DNA of 53,460 bases from a virus (taxonomy: Duplodnaviria; Caudoviricetes). A model generated the notes under the pieces. That model worked only from the letters and a program-made list of their open reading frames with translations. It did not search any database and was not told the DNA's origin. A program made the position numbers and the translations under genes. Shown here piece after piece: positions 17,450-26,127 of this stretch (within the stretch, counting starts at the first letter, position 1; each line of letters opens with the position of its first letter). The stretch lies in IMG/VR virus record IMGVR_UViG_3300018432_000008, positions 1 through 53,460 of that record; one strand, 5' to 3'.

Positions 17450-19341
17450 CCCCGCGCACCCGACAACTCGCCCTGACCATCGACCGTGACCGCCGCCGCC
17501 TGGAACTGATCGGCGTGCGTGCGGCCCACCGCATCGGCACGCAAGCGCGAACACTCGCCTACGCTGCTTGGCGAACCACACGTGACGTACACGCGGTACG
17601 CAACGCGGTAACGAACGTCCTGCGCGGCAACGCTCGGCTCGGGTTGACCGGTATTACTCCGCTGATCCGTGACGGGATGGTCACGGCGCACCTTGAGGGG
17701 CGCAGGCGGACGGCCATTCTTGCCGCACCGGAGTTACGCAAGGGGCTGAAGCTGTCCGTGTCGGCGTTTGACGAGGCGCTGCGGTTCCTCATTCGCCGGC
17801 TCATGCTCACTCCCGCGCAGCTTGAAGCGTTGCGGGCCGGTTTCCAGGCTGAGGCGTTGCGCGTGACCGACGTGCTGACGGGGCAGATCGAGAAGGCTGT
17901 TGAGTCGGTGCTCATTGAGCAAATCAGCGAAGGCGCGAGCGTACCGGAAGGGGTAACGGCGCTGCGGCGGACGTTCGAATCCGAGGGGTTCGTACCCGCT
18001 GCGGACCACACGCTTGAAGCGGTGTTTCGCACGCAGACGCAGACGGCTTACAGCGCGGGACGGTGGAACGCGCTACAGGACCCTGCGATTCAGGACATCC
18101 TTTGGGGCTTCGAATACGCGGCCATCACAGACGACCGCGTGACCGAGGACATCTGCTTGCCGCTGAACGGCATGGTGCGGACGAAGGATGATCCGGTGTG
18201 GCAGCGATTGACACCACCGAACCACTGGAACGCTTTGGCGTCTGGAACACTGATTCGCACGCAGGCTGGCGAAGTTCCGATTGAGTGGGTTCAGCCCGGC
18301 GATCAGGTGTTCACGCATCGTGGTCGGTTCCGGCGCGTGTATGCCGCGATGGAGAAGCGGGCCAAGCCGATTATCCGCGAGCTACACCTTTCGACCGGAC
18401 GGCGTTTGCGAATCACGGATGAGCACCCGGTACTTACGTCTTGCGGGTGGCAACCCGCTGGGAATCTCAATGCTGGGGACGTGCTGTTTGAGCACATCGA
18501 GAAAGTGGCCGGGAGCGGTCACGTTCTCCTGTCTCACCCTGAGAATTTTCCATCCCTTATCGATGAGCCATTGATCCCGTGGGACGTCGTGCGACTGACG
18601 GGGGCGACTACCGTGCCCCTTGCCGTCGATCTCTACGATGGTCATGAAACGGGGAAAGGCGAAGTCGATAACGAACGACCCGATGGCGTATTGGAAGGCG
18701 AACTCTGCGCCACAGCGAATCAGCAAGTCGCGAAACAGTGCTTCGTAGGCGGTGGGCTTCTGACGCCAAGCGTTAGCCTTGCCGATCGCCGCAGTCTCAC
18801 GAACTCGTGCGTTACGCATCGGGTTCGACCGCTTCATTCGTTCCGAAGAATCCGGCCGGGACTTTCCGTAGCACCAGTGGCGAACCCCTTGATGCTTCGC
18901 CAAAACTTCGGGGAGTCGGCCAGTGATTTTCATTTGATCGGTCTTGCTGCGAACGGCAATGCCGAACCGCTTGCACGCCGCAGACAGGGCGGTCTTTCCA
19001 AGCCCGAGCGAGCGTTCGATGGAGCGGAGCGATTCTCCCCTAGTCAAATGACGGTCGGCGATGAGGTCGGCCAAGACTTGCTTGTCAGTGAAATGTGGCG
19101 TCATGCGACAATCATACGAATTGTCGAAGTACCGTCAACAACGAAGGTTCACAACCTCGCGGTTGAAGACGACGAAACGTATTTGGCTGAAGGCGTGATC
19201 GTCCACAATTGCCGCAGCACGATCCTCGAACTGTACGACGAACGACCGATTACGCCTGTCCCGAACGTGACGCCGCAGCGCGGGTTCGGGTTCAACCCCG
19301 GCAACGTGTTCCGCGACACGATCAGGCCCGCAGCAGCATGA
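17446..19341 (+). CDS. MuF (gp30-like) minor head protein containing an intein
   Basis: FRTQTQTAYSAGRW, YAAITDDRVT..C, PPNHWN|CRS split by the intein; spliced product about 305 aa. Confidence 0.9.
   Translation: MTPRTRQLALTIDRDRRRLELIGVRAAHRIGTQARTLAYAAWRTTRDVHAVRNAVTNVLRGNARLGLTGITPLIRDGMVTAHLEGRRRTAILAAPELRKGLKLSVSAFDEALRFLIRRLMLTPAQLEALRAGFQAEALRVTDVLTGQIEKAVESVLIEQISEGASVPEGVTALRRTFESEGFVPAADHTLEAVFRTQTQTAYSAGRWNALQDPAIQDILWGFEYAAITDDRVTEDICLPLNGMVRTKDDPVWQRLTPPNHWNALASGTLIRTQAGEVPIEWVQPGDQVFTHRGRFRRVYAAMEKRAKPIIRELHLSTGRRLRITDEHPVLTSCGWQPAGNLNAGDVLFEHIEKVAGSGHVLLSHPENFPSLIDEPLIPWDVVRLTGATTVPLAVDLYDGHETGKGEVDNERPDGVLEGELCATANQQVAKQCFVGGGLLTPSVSLADRRSLTNSCVTHRVRPLHSFRRIRPGLSVAPVANPLMLRQNFGESASDFHLIGLAANGNAEPLARRRQGGLSKPERAFDGAERFSPSQMTVGDEVGQDLLVSEMWRHATIIRIVEVPSTTKVHNLAVEDDETYLAEGVIVHNCRSTILELYDERPITPVPNVTPQRGFGFNPGNVFRDTIRPAAA
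18382..19104 (-). CDS. Antisense-nested HTH/NUMOD3-like/DUF559 (Vsr-like) endonuclease, putative homing endonuclease
   Basis: SLRSIERSLGLGKTALSAACKRFGI (HTH); HWCYGKSRPDSSERMKRSNPM; PTAYE..FQYAIGSFVIDFAFP..IVEIDGKGH..D..RDQWLIDKGWKILRV. Confidence 0.88.
   Translation of the reverse strand: MTPHFTDKQVLADLIADRHLTRGESLRSIERSLGLGKTALSAACKRFGIAVRSKTDQMKITGRLPEVLAKHQGVRHWCYGKSRPDSSERMKRSNPMRNARVRETAAIGKANAWRQKPTAYEALFRDLLIRCGAEFAFQYAIGSFVIDFAFPRFMTIVEIDGKGHGSRPRQSHDVPRDQWLIDKGWKILRVRQENVTAPGHFLDVLKQHVPSIEIPSGLPPARRKYRVLIRDSQTPSGRKV
19111..19138 (-). promoter_or_regulatory. Sigma70-type promoter for the antisense endonuclease (leaderless type)
   Basis: Minus strand TTGACG (19138-33), N16, TATGAT (19116-11), N6, ATG 19104. 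Confidence 0.7.
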
Positions 19342-19344
19342 GCG

Positions 19345-19536
19345 TTAGACCTGAGCGGAGCTAGCTTTGGCGCGATGCTTTTTCTCTTGGTCGGTTCGCA
19401 CGGCAAGCTTTAGCAGTTGACGAAGAATCCTCGTCTCCCGAACTGCCTCGCCTAAACGCTTACGCACATCTGCTTCGCTTGGGATGTTGGATAGCAGGGC
19501 GGGCATTTCGCGAGGCTTAGATAGGTCGGCGTTCAT
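19345..19536 (-). CDS. Small counter-oriented protein, probably leaderless
   Basis: TGG-TAGAAT-N6-ATG. Confidence 0.6.
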   Translation of the reverse strand: MNADLSKPREMPALLSNIPSEADVRKRLGEAVRETRILRQLLKLAVRTDQEKKHRAKASSAQV

Positions 19537-19552
19537 CGCCTGATTCTACCAC

Positions 19553-19798
19553 ATGAACTGCAAAGAGTGCCGTCACTGGCAAGGCCATCACAAGGACAAC
19601 GCCAGAATTGAGTGGGGTCGGTGTTCCTACGCCGAGAACGTTCAATCCCTCATGCGGCCCACTGCGCATCAGGCGACGTTTACGCCGGACATTTCTGGCA
19701 AGCATGCAGGAATCTTGACTACGCATGCGTGGTTTGGGTGCGTGCATTTCGACCGTGATAAGTCGCCGCGAACGATTCAGCTTCTAGAACTCGACTGA
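19553..19798 (+). CDS. Small 4-Cys protein, paralog of 71-295
   Basis: CKECRHW..WGRCSYAENVQSLMRPT..AGILTTHAWFGCVHF. Confidence 0.7.
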   Translation: MNCKECRHWQGHHKDNARIEWGRCSYAENVQSLMRPTAHQATFTPDISGKHAGILTTHAWFGCVHFDRDKSPRTIQLLELD

Positions 19799-19808
19799 CC
19801 CAAAAAAC

Positions 19809-20939
19809 ATGAACGAACCGATTCGACTATTCGCCGCCGGCGGTACGGTGAGCCTCGCGCTCACGCTCGGGCAAGGTCTGCCCACCGAAATCGCCGGCAA
19901 GCCCTGCGTCTACCACTGGCGTCAATCCCTGCGCCTCGGTGACTACACCCACCCCGGCACCGGGCGGAAGTTCACCATCACGCCCGAGCGCATCGAGCGA
20001 CTGATGGGCAACTTCCACCGCATGCAGCAGGCGGGGCGCAAGGTGTACGTCCCCGTCAACCACTCCGAAAAGACGGAGGACAACCGCGGCTATGTCGTAG
20101 ACGTTCGGCGTAACGGGGAATGGCTCGAAGAACTGCATCAGTACATCGGCGAAGACGCTGCGCTCGACGCGGCCCGCTCGCAGGTGTCCCTCAACATCGT
20201 TCCGAATCTGAAGGACGGGAACGGCAACGTGTACGACGAGGCCATCGAGCACTCGTCACTCGTCGTCAATCCCGTCGTGACCGGTCAATGTCTACCCGCG
20301 ATCGCCGCAAGCGAAGGCCAGCCGGCCGCGGGGGAAACCTACGTGCTGGCTGAAAAAGGAGTCAACGAAATGACCTTCACTCTACCCGACGCGCAGGTTG
20401 CGCGTCTGAAGGAACTCCTCGGCGGCGATGAACTCACCCCCGAGAACCTGACGGATCGCGTGAGCGGCAAGATTGCCGCGACCGCGACGGACACGACCAC
20501 GGCGCTCAGCGCCACGCACCAAACGGCCCTTGGCCAAAAGGATCAGGAGATCCAGACCTTGCGGCTGAGCGCGGCACCGACGTTGGACGGCTTCGCGCTG
20601 TCCGCGATGGTCACCGCGTCCGAACGTGCGAAGAACCACGCGATCGCGGCCGGTGCCATCTCGCCAGCCGTGGCCGACAAGCTCTACAAGCGGCTGGTCA
20701 AGCCCGCAGAGGACAAGCTGAACAAGCTGGCCCTGTCAGCATCCGGTGACAACGGCAACGTGCCGATGGCGCTGGGCGTGTTCGAAGACCTAGCCGAGAA
20801 CAAGCCGCTGAAGCTCGGTGAAACCACGCCGGTTCAGGTGCTGGAACGCAAGATCCCCGGCGACCAGCCGAGCCAGCAGCAGGAACTGGACCAGCTCGCG
20901 CAGGAAGTCCGCGGGCATCTCGGCGTGAAGGCGAAGTAA
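19809..20939 (+). CDS. Mu I-like prohead protease/scaffold
   Basis: GDYTHP..FTITPERI..PVNH..SLVVNP; position before the decoration and capsid genes. Confidence 0.8.
   Translation: MNEPIRLFAAGGTVSLALTLGQGLPTEIAGKPCVYHWRQSLRLGDYTHPGTGRKFTITPERIERLMGNFHRMQQAGRKVYVPVNHSEKTEDNRGYVVDVRRNGEWLEELHQYIGEDAALDAARSQVSLNIVPNLKDGNGNVYDEAIEHSSLVVNPVVTGQCLPAIAASEGQPAAGETYVLAEKGVNEMTFTLPDAQVARLKELLGGDELTPENLTDRVSGKIAATATDTTTALSATHQTALGQKDQEIQTLRLSAAPTLDGFALSAMVTASERAKNHAIAAGAISPAVADKLYKRLVKPAEDKLNKLALSASGDNGNVPMALGVFEDLAENKPLKLGETTPVQVLERKIPGDQPSQQQELDQLAQEVRGHLGVKAK
20370..20939 (+). CDS. Internal in-frame scaffold (Mu Z-like)
   Basis: AAGGAG RBS before in-frame ATG 20370. Confidence 0.55.
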   Translation: MTFTLPDAQVARLKELLGGDELTPENLTDRVSGKIAATATDTTTALSATHQTALGQKDQEIQTLRLSAAPTLDGFALSAMVTASERAKNHAIAAGAISPAVADKLYKRLVKPAEDKLNKLALSASGDNGNVPMALGVFEDLAENKPLKLGETTPVQVLERKIPGDQPSQQQELDQLAQEVRGHLGVKAK

Positions 20940-20972
20940 GCCAACTACCACTACCAAGCAAGAAATGGAGCA

Positions 20973-21749
20973 ATGACCATGAGCACTTACGGACAGCAGA
21001 CGATCGGCACCACGGGGTCGCCGATCCAGGTGAACGCAGACGGCCGCACGGACGGCTTCAAGCACTGCGGCGTCACGATCGACTGGAGCCTGATCACCGC
21101 CGTCAGCGCCGACACGACGCTGTTGGATGGCACGATCGTGAAGAACGGCGACAAGTACATCCGCTACGGCACGGTCCTCGACCTGATCGGCACGGCCGAG
21201 GTGCAGACCATCGACCTGTCGGCGGGCGATGACCCGACGGCGGGTTCCTTCACCCTTACCTACGGCGGGCAGACGACTGCGGCCATTGCCTGGAACGCTT
21301 CCGCTGCGGCGGTGCAGACGGCGTTCGAAGCGCTGAACAATGTCGAACAGGGCGACGCCGTCGTGACGAAAAGCGGTTTCGTCTACACGTTCACGTTCGC
21401 CAGCCACATCGGCAACGCCGGGGCGATCACGGTGGGCTCGGGTTCGCTCACCGGTGCCACGTCCGTCACGGTCACCGAGACGACGGCCGGCACGGGCAAC
21501 GGCAAGTACGGCCCGGTCAAGACGAACGCCAGTGACGGGCGTCAGGCGATGGCGCGCGGCGAGAGCTACATCCTCAACCGCACCGTCGTCTACAGCAACC
21601 TGGGCAGCGACCACCCGCCCGTCCTCGAAGCGGGCACGGTGTGGCAGGCTCGGCTCGTCACGAACGAGGCGTTGCCGGGCGACAACAACCCGACGCTGGC
21701 CAACATCCTCACGGCGTTCCCCGGCCTTCGTCTGGCCAAGGATTTCTAA
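20973..21749 (+). CDS. Head decoration protein with an inserted EVQ-type beta domain
   Basis: GVTIDW..IRYGTVL and GKYGP..ASDGRQ flank EVQTIDL..GSFTLTYGGQTTAAIAWNASAAAVQTAFEAL. Confidence 0.65.
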   Translation: MTMSTYGQQTIGTTGSPIQVNADGRTDGFKHCGVTIDWSLITAVSADTTLLDGTIVKNGDKYIRYGTVLDLIGTAEVQTIDLSAGDDPTAGSFTLTYGGQTTAAIAWNASAAAVQTAFEALNNVEQGDAVVTKSGFVYTFTFASHIGNAGAITVGSGSLTGATSVTVTETTAGTGNGKYGPVKTNASDGRQAMARGESYILNRTVVYSNLGSDHPPVLEAGTVWQARLVTNEALPGDNNPTLANILTAFPGLRLAKDF

Positions 21750-21803
21750 ACCACGACGCGCTAAACACGCATTCTTTCACACGCAAAACAGGAGCAAACC
21801 AAC

Positions 21804-22925
21804 ATGCCTTACGATCTTCTCGCAACCCAGCGCGTCAACACGATCATGCGGGAGGTGCGCGACGCTCGCGAACTCCCGCAGAACCTGCTGTTGCTGAACC
21901 GTACGCCGATCACCGACGCCACCGACGGCGAAATGACGGCTTACTGGGACGGCAACACGTCCCCGGCGGACATCATCGCCGACGGCCAGCGTGCCCTCGT
22001 CTATTCGACGGGTGCATTCAGCCTGAAGTCCGACAAGATCCCCAACATCAAAGCGGGTGAAGGGATCGACGCCGAGATGCTTCAGCTCATGGAGCGCATC
22101 CAGGCCGGTGGAGGCTTCCGTGATGACACGGGTGTCATCAACGCCTACATGACCCGCGTGATGGAGCGGCGGCTGCGCGCCGTCCGCATGACGATGGAGA
22201 TCATGCGCATCGGGGCGTTCCTCGACTCGCTCACGTGGAACCGCGGCGGTGTTCAGTTCTCGATCAGCTTCAACAAGCCGTCGGACCTGAAGGTGACCGT
22301 CTCGAATTACTGGACGGACGCGACGAACGGAACGCCGATCGCGGATATCCAGACGCACATGGCGCATCGGCGCGAGCAGTACGGGGAGAACACGACTCGT
22401 CTGACGATGACGAGCGCGGACTTCCGGTACATGATCGCGACCACGGAGTTCCGGAACAAGGCGACGCTCTACGCGCAGATGGTGCTGCCGAGCGCTGCCA
22501 GCTTCCCGATTCAGGACATTGGCACGATGCAGAACCTCGCCGGCCGAATCCTCGGTCTGACGATCGAGCTGCACGACGCGAAGTATGCGTTCCAGAACGC
22601 GGACGGTTCCACGGGCGCCTTCGGCAACTACTGGCCGGCTGGCTACGTCGGGTTCAGCGACGCCGCGTCGGACAACGATCCGAACGCCACCGACTTCGGT
22701 AACACGACCGTCACGGAATCGATCGTCGCCGGGCTTACCGGGACGAACTTCGCGGGCGCCGGCGGTACGGGTGGTTTCGGCGGTCCCGTCAAGGGCCCGG
22801 TCGGATACGTCACGCTCAGCAGCTTCGACCTGAACGCGCCGGGCGTCACCGCATGGGGTGTTGCGCGCACGATGCCGCGCGTGTTCCGCCGCACGGCCGA
22901 AAGCTACCTGAAGGTTCAGGCGTAA
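21804..22925 (+). CDS. Major capsid protein (gpE-like, HK97 fold)
   Basis: 373 aa, strong AGGAG RBS, position; WTDATNGTPIADI. Confidence 0.85.
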   Translation: MPYDLLATQRVNTIMREVRDARELPQNLLLLNRTPITDATDGEMTAYWDGNTSPADIIADGQRALVYSTGAFSLKSDKIPNIKAGEGIDAEMLQLMERIQAGGGFRDDTGVINAYMTRVMERRLRAVRMTMEIMRIGAFLDSLTWNRGGVQFSISFNKPSDLKVTVSNYWTDATNGTPIADIQTHMAHRREQYGENTTRLTMTSADFRYMIATTEFRNKATLYAQMVLPSAASFPIQDIGTMQNLAGRILGLTIELHDAKYAFQNADGSTGAFGNYWPAGYVGFSDAASDNDPNATDFGNTTVTESIVAGLTGTNFAGAGGTGGFGGPVKGPVGYVTLSSFDLNAPGVTAWGVARTMPRVFRRTAESYLKVQA

Positions 22926-22959
22926 ATTCTACGCCGATTCCATCAACACTTAACGAGGT

Positions 22960-23280
22960 TTGACCATGTCCAAGAAAGATGCCGCTGCGCCTGATGTGCA
23001 GCCCGAACCGGACCGAGTCCGCAATCACAAGCTCACCCGTCACGGGATGGAGTACGAGCTGAGCAAGGGACGCTCCATCCTCTACAAGGGCAACACGCTC
23101 ACGAGTATTCATCAGTTGCCCAGCGAAGCTGAACTTGCCGAGGGGGACGAGCAGGCGTCGGCGGACGCGCTGAAGACGCTCGATGCTCAGCAGAAGATCA
23201 TCGACGGCCAGCGTGCCAAGCTGCTGGCCAGCCACAAGCCCGCTGAACCAGCCAAGGACGCCAAGCCCGACAAGAAGTAG
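22960..23280 (+). CDS. Hypothetical head-region protein
   Basis: GAGG RBS. Confidence 0.6.
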   Translation: MTMSKKDAAAPDVQPEPDRVRNHKLTRHGMEYELSKGRSILYKGNTLTSIHQLPSEAELAEGDEQASADALKTLDAQQKIIDGQRAKLLASHKPAEPAKDAKPDKK

Positions 23281-23282
23281 CG

Positions 23283-23522
23283 TTGATGCGGGGCATGGGT
23301 AGACTAGGAGCCCTGCCCATGCCCGAGCATCCTGAACGAGCGGTGATCTTCATCGAGGTGTCTCAGGGTCCAACCCTGCGCACGGCGATGGATGCACTGG
23401 ACCTGCTCGTTACGACCATCCCGCTGATTCCCGAGTGGCACCGTGCGGAGCGCGAAGAACTTGAATCGCGCATGAGTGCGTTGGCCGACGTGATCGAGCA
23501 GCAGTTGAAGCAACCCCAGTAA
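23283..23522 (+). CDS. Hypothetical protein
   Basis: Tiled ORF. Confidence 0.45.
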   Translation: MMRGMGRLGALPMPEHPERAVIFIEVSQGPTLRTAMDALDLLVTTIPLIPEWHRAEREELESRMSALADVIEQQLKQPQ

Positions 23523-23526
23523 TCCT

Positions 23527-24015
23527 GTGCGACTAAACATATCCGTTGACTTGGCAGGATTGCCCCTGTCTGGGGTGAGGTCCGCGTTCTCGGCTCCCAA
23601 CGGGCCGATGCGCGACGGGTTCGTTCAGGCGGGGGCGATCTATCTCGGGTGGACGCGCGAACGCTACGTAAGGGCTGCTCGTGGTGACGGCACGTGGAAG
23701 CCGCTGGCCGCGAGCACGATCAGGGGGCGTCGGAAAGGCAGAGGGAAGGGCAAGCCGGAGATCCTTCGGGATACCGGCGTGCTGCTCAACTCTCTGTCGC
23801 TCGGTGCTCCCGGCAGCATCAGGCGCGAGATTCCCGACGGCATCGAGGTGGGGACGGTCGTGAAATACGCGACCCACCACCAGAACCCGAAGGTGCCGGG
23901 TCGCCCTCCGCAACGAAAGATTCTGGAATACCCACCGCCCGCCGTGCTTGAGCGGATGCGGGATGTCGTGCGTCGTGCAGCCATCAAGACGGTGCAACAA
24001 CTCAAGGGCAAGTAG
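23527..24015 (+). CDS. Virion morphogenesis / tail completion protein (Mu gpG-like)
   Basis: WKPLAASTI..ILRDTGVLLNSL..VGTVVKYATHHQ..P.RKIL. Confidence 0.8.
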   Translation: MRLNISVDLAGLPLSGVRSAFSAPNGPMRDGFVQAGAIYLGWTRERYVRAARGDGTWKPLAASTIRGRRKGRGKGKPEILRDTGVLLNSLSLGAPGSIRREIPDGIEVGTVVKYATHHQNPKVPGRPPQRKILEYPPPAVLERMRDVVRRAAIKTVQQLKGK

Positions 24016-24579
24016 ATGGCCGCGACCGACTTCATCACGACGCTGATCAACCGCTACTGGACGTTGCTCGAAGCGCATGCACCGATCGTCACTGAAGGCT
24101 CAGCGGGATACATCGCACCCCGTAACCGGATCAAGCTGACCGGCACGCTGAAAGATCCGTTCAAGAACGGGTGGAACGATGGGGACTTCCCCGAACTGAC
24201 CATCGGCGTTCCGGCGTTCTCTGATTCGTTGTTCACTCGTGAGCAGCACTACAACCACCGACCGGCTTATAACCCGACCACCGAGCCGTGGACCGAAGAT
24301 GTGCAGTTGGATGTATCGATCGAGATCATCCACCCCGACATGCAGTACGCCGCCGCAAGCGCTCGAACGCTTGAAGTGCTGACGGCCATTCGCAAGGGCG
24401 GTCCGGCACTAGGTATCACGGCGTTTCGTGTTCAGCAGACAGGCCCGATCATCGGCCGCAATGCCGTGGTGTCGGGTCGCGCTGGTGAGTACGCCAACGC
24501 CGGCGGCACGCGCCGCTTGTCCACGATCATCACCAACCCCGTCCTGCTGCGGTTCAAGGGATCGCAGCTCATCACGTAG
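24016..24579 (+). CDS. Putative tail terminator/completion protein
   Basis: Position and size. Confidence 0.5.
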   Translation: MAATDFITTLINRYWTLLEAHAPIVTEGSAGYIAPRNRIKLTGTLKDPFKNGWNDGDFPELTIGVPAFSDSLFTREQHYNHRPAYNPTTEPWTEDVQLDVSIEIIHPDMQYAAASARTLEVLTAIRKGGPALGITAFRVQQTGPIIGRNAVVSGRAGEYANAGGTRRLSTIITNPVLLRFKGSQLIT

Positions 24580-24601
24580 TCACAAACACAGGAGCTTCAT
24601 C

Positions 24602-24961
24602 ATGCCCGAAGGACTTACGACCGCCCCCGCGCCGACGCCGCCCCCGTACTACTCGGGTAACAACAACGTCTGGCGCGTGAAGTTGCAGGGCAAGGGTGAG
24701 CCCCAGCCCCAGACGATCGAACTGCGCGGCCCGGTAGATATCCGGGTCGTCAAGCAGCACGCGCAGATGATGGCCAACGCGCAGAGCCGCCGCGCCGTCT
24801 CGCGGGGCTTTCCCGACCCGGAAGTGAAGATCGTCGGCGAGCCCGAGCCGATCGGCACGAACAACGACCCGGTTGGCATGTACTCGCCCGCCGGCGCTCA
24901 GCAAATCGACCTGAACCGATACGCCAACGACGCGCCGACGACCGGCAAAGCGGCCAAGTAA
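24602..24961 (+). CDS. Hypothetical protein
   Basis: AGGAG RBS before ATG 24602. Confidence 0.6.
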   Translation: MPEGLTTAPAPTPPPYYSGNNNVWRVKLQGKGEPQPQTIELRGPVDIRVVKQHAQMMANAQSRRAVSRGFPDPEVKIVGEPEPIGTNNDPVGMYSPAGAQQIDLNRYANDAPTTGKAAK

Positions 24962-24990
24962 TCAACAAACCATCTTGAGGAGTAACGAAA

Positions 24991-25386
24991 ATGGCAGAAC
25001 TTGATATCAGCGGTTTCGACGGTGACGTGGCACTGACCGGCCACGGCGGCGAAGCCTACGCCTGGACCCTTGCATCCACCCTGCGCAAGAAGGACGTGAG
25101 CCGCTACGGCGGGACGCGCTTTGCCAAGCAGCGCGGCGGCGTCATTGACATGAGCGGCGTCATCAGCGTGTTCCTGCGCAAGGGGGCTACGGGCAATGCG
25201 CCGAACGCAACGGCGTCCGCGGTGGACGGTGCAGCGCTCGTGCTCACGGCTATGACCGGTTGCACGTACACGGGCACCGCGATTGTTGACTTCACGATGA
25301 ACCACAACTTCGGCGACCCGGCCATCGAGGGCACGTACCCGTTTGTCTTCACGGGGGACGTGACCGAGGCGTGGGTGGTTGCGTAA
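24991..25386 (+). CDS. Tail tube protein
   Basis: 131 aa beta-rich, GAGGAG RBS, upstream of chaperone and tape measure. Confidence 0.7.
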   Translation: MAELDISGFDGDVALTGHGGEAYAWTLASTLRKKDVSRYGGTRFAKQRGGVIDMSGVISVFLRKGATGNAPNATASAVDGAALVLTAMTGCTYTGTAIVDFTMNHNFGDPAIEGTYPFVFTGDVTEAWVVA

Positions 25387-25405
25387 ACGGAAAGGATCGA
25401 CCCCT

Positions 25406-25897
25406 GTGGCAGAACACGACCCCGAAACCGGGGCTCAGTACGTCGTGGTCAAGAAACAATCGGACGGTAGCGAGATTCGACTTACCCGGCTCGCGCCGTC
25501 CGATTTCGTTGCGCTGGCCAACCGGATGTTTCGGCAGCGCAAGGATCTGTTCAAAGAGAACCTGCAAGTCGCCGGCATCGTCGGTGATGAAGCGTTCGCA
25601 AAGCTCAACGAGTTCGACAGCCGCCGGCCGAACCGGTCGGACGTGCTGAAGTATTCGCTGGAGGAAGATGGTCAGCAGCAGATCATCCTCATGGCCCTGC
25701 GTCGTCAGAAGCCTGACGCAACAGAGGCGGACGTTGACGGGTTGGAGCTGAGTCCAACGTCGATGATGGTCCTTTCGGGTGACCTGATCTACCTGAACAT
25801 GAGCCCGAACGGGCAGCCTGAGGCGGTGGGTGGGGGTGAGAACCCTTTACCCGATTCGGCGGGGGCGGGCTCGTCGAAGGATTCCAGCGTGACGTAG
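25406..25897 (+). CDS. Tail assembly chaperone (G)
   Basis: AAGGA RBS before GTG 25406; contains a slippery site. Confidence 0.75.
   Translation: MAEHDPETGAQYVVVKKQSDGSEIRLTRLAPSDFVALANRMFRQRKDLFKENLQVAGIVGDEAFAKLNEFDSRRPNRSDVLKYSLEEDGQQQIILMALRRQKPDATEADVDGLELSPTSMMVLSGDLIYLNMSPNGQPEAVGGGENPLPDSAGAGSSKDSSVT
25843..25849 (+). promoter_or_regulatory. -1 programmed frameshift site C CCT TTA giving a G-T fusion to 26115
   Basis: X XXY YYZ in frame; the -1 frame is open into ORF 25906-26115. Confidence 0.8.
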
Positions 25898-26127
25898 CGC
25901 GCATCATGGCCGCGCTCGCGCCCCGCGATAACCCGATGCACTGGCCGATCGACCTGTTCCGTGCGCGTGCCGACTACGCACGGGCACGTGAAGCCGTGTT
26001 GTTGCAGTTGGACGAGAAAGCCGACTTCAAGCACAGCGTTCAGGAAGCGGGCAAGGCTCGAATCGAGCAGACCCGGCTGAAGAAACTCGGCATCCCACCC
26101 CTGTTCATTTCCTAACCGGAGTACTCC

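Larger units (their letters stand above)
18232..19209 (+). mobile_element. Intein (326 aa), Ala1, ending His-Asn before Cys+1
   Basis: Block A ALASGTLIRT, block B LRITDEHPV, F/G VHNLAVEDDETYLAEGVIVHN/C; excision restores HWNCRS. Confidence 0.92.

Noticed and set aside
18232-19209. Naturally split intein or group I intron
   Set aside because: The + frame has no stop between blocks A and G, and the boundaries are protein-splicing motifs
14265-24015. Transposable Mu-like phage
   Set aside because: Head genes are Mu-like, but there is no MuA/MuB; int/xis/attP and an initiator plus DnaB are present
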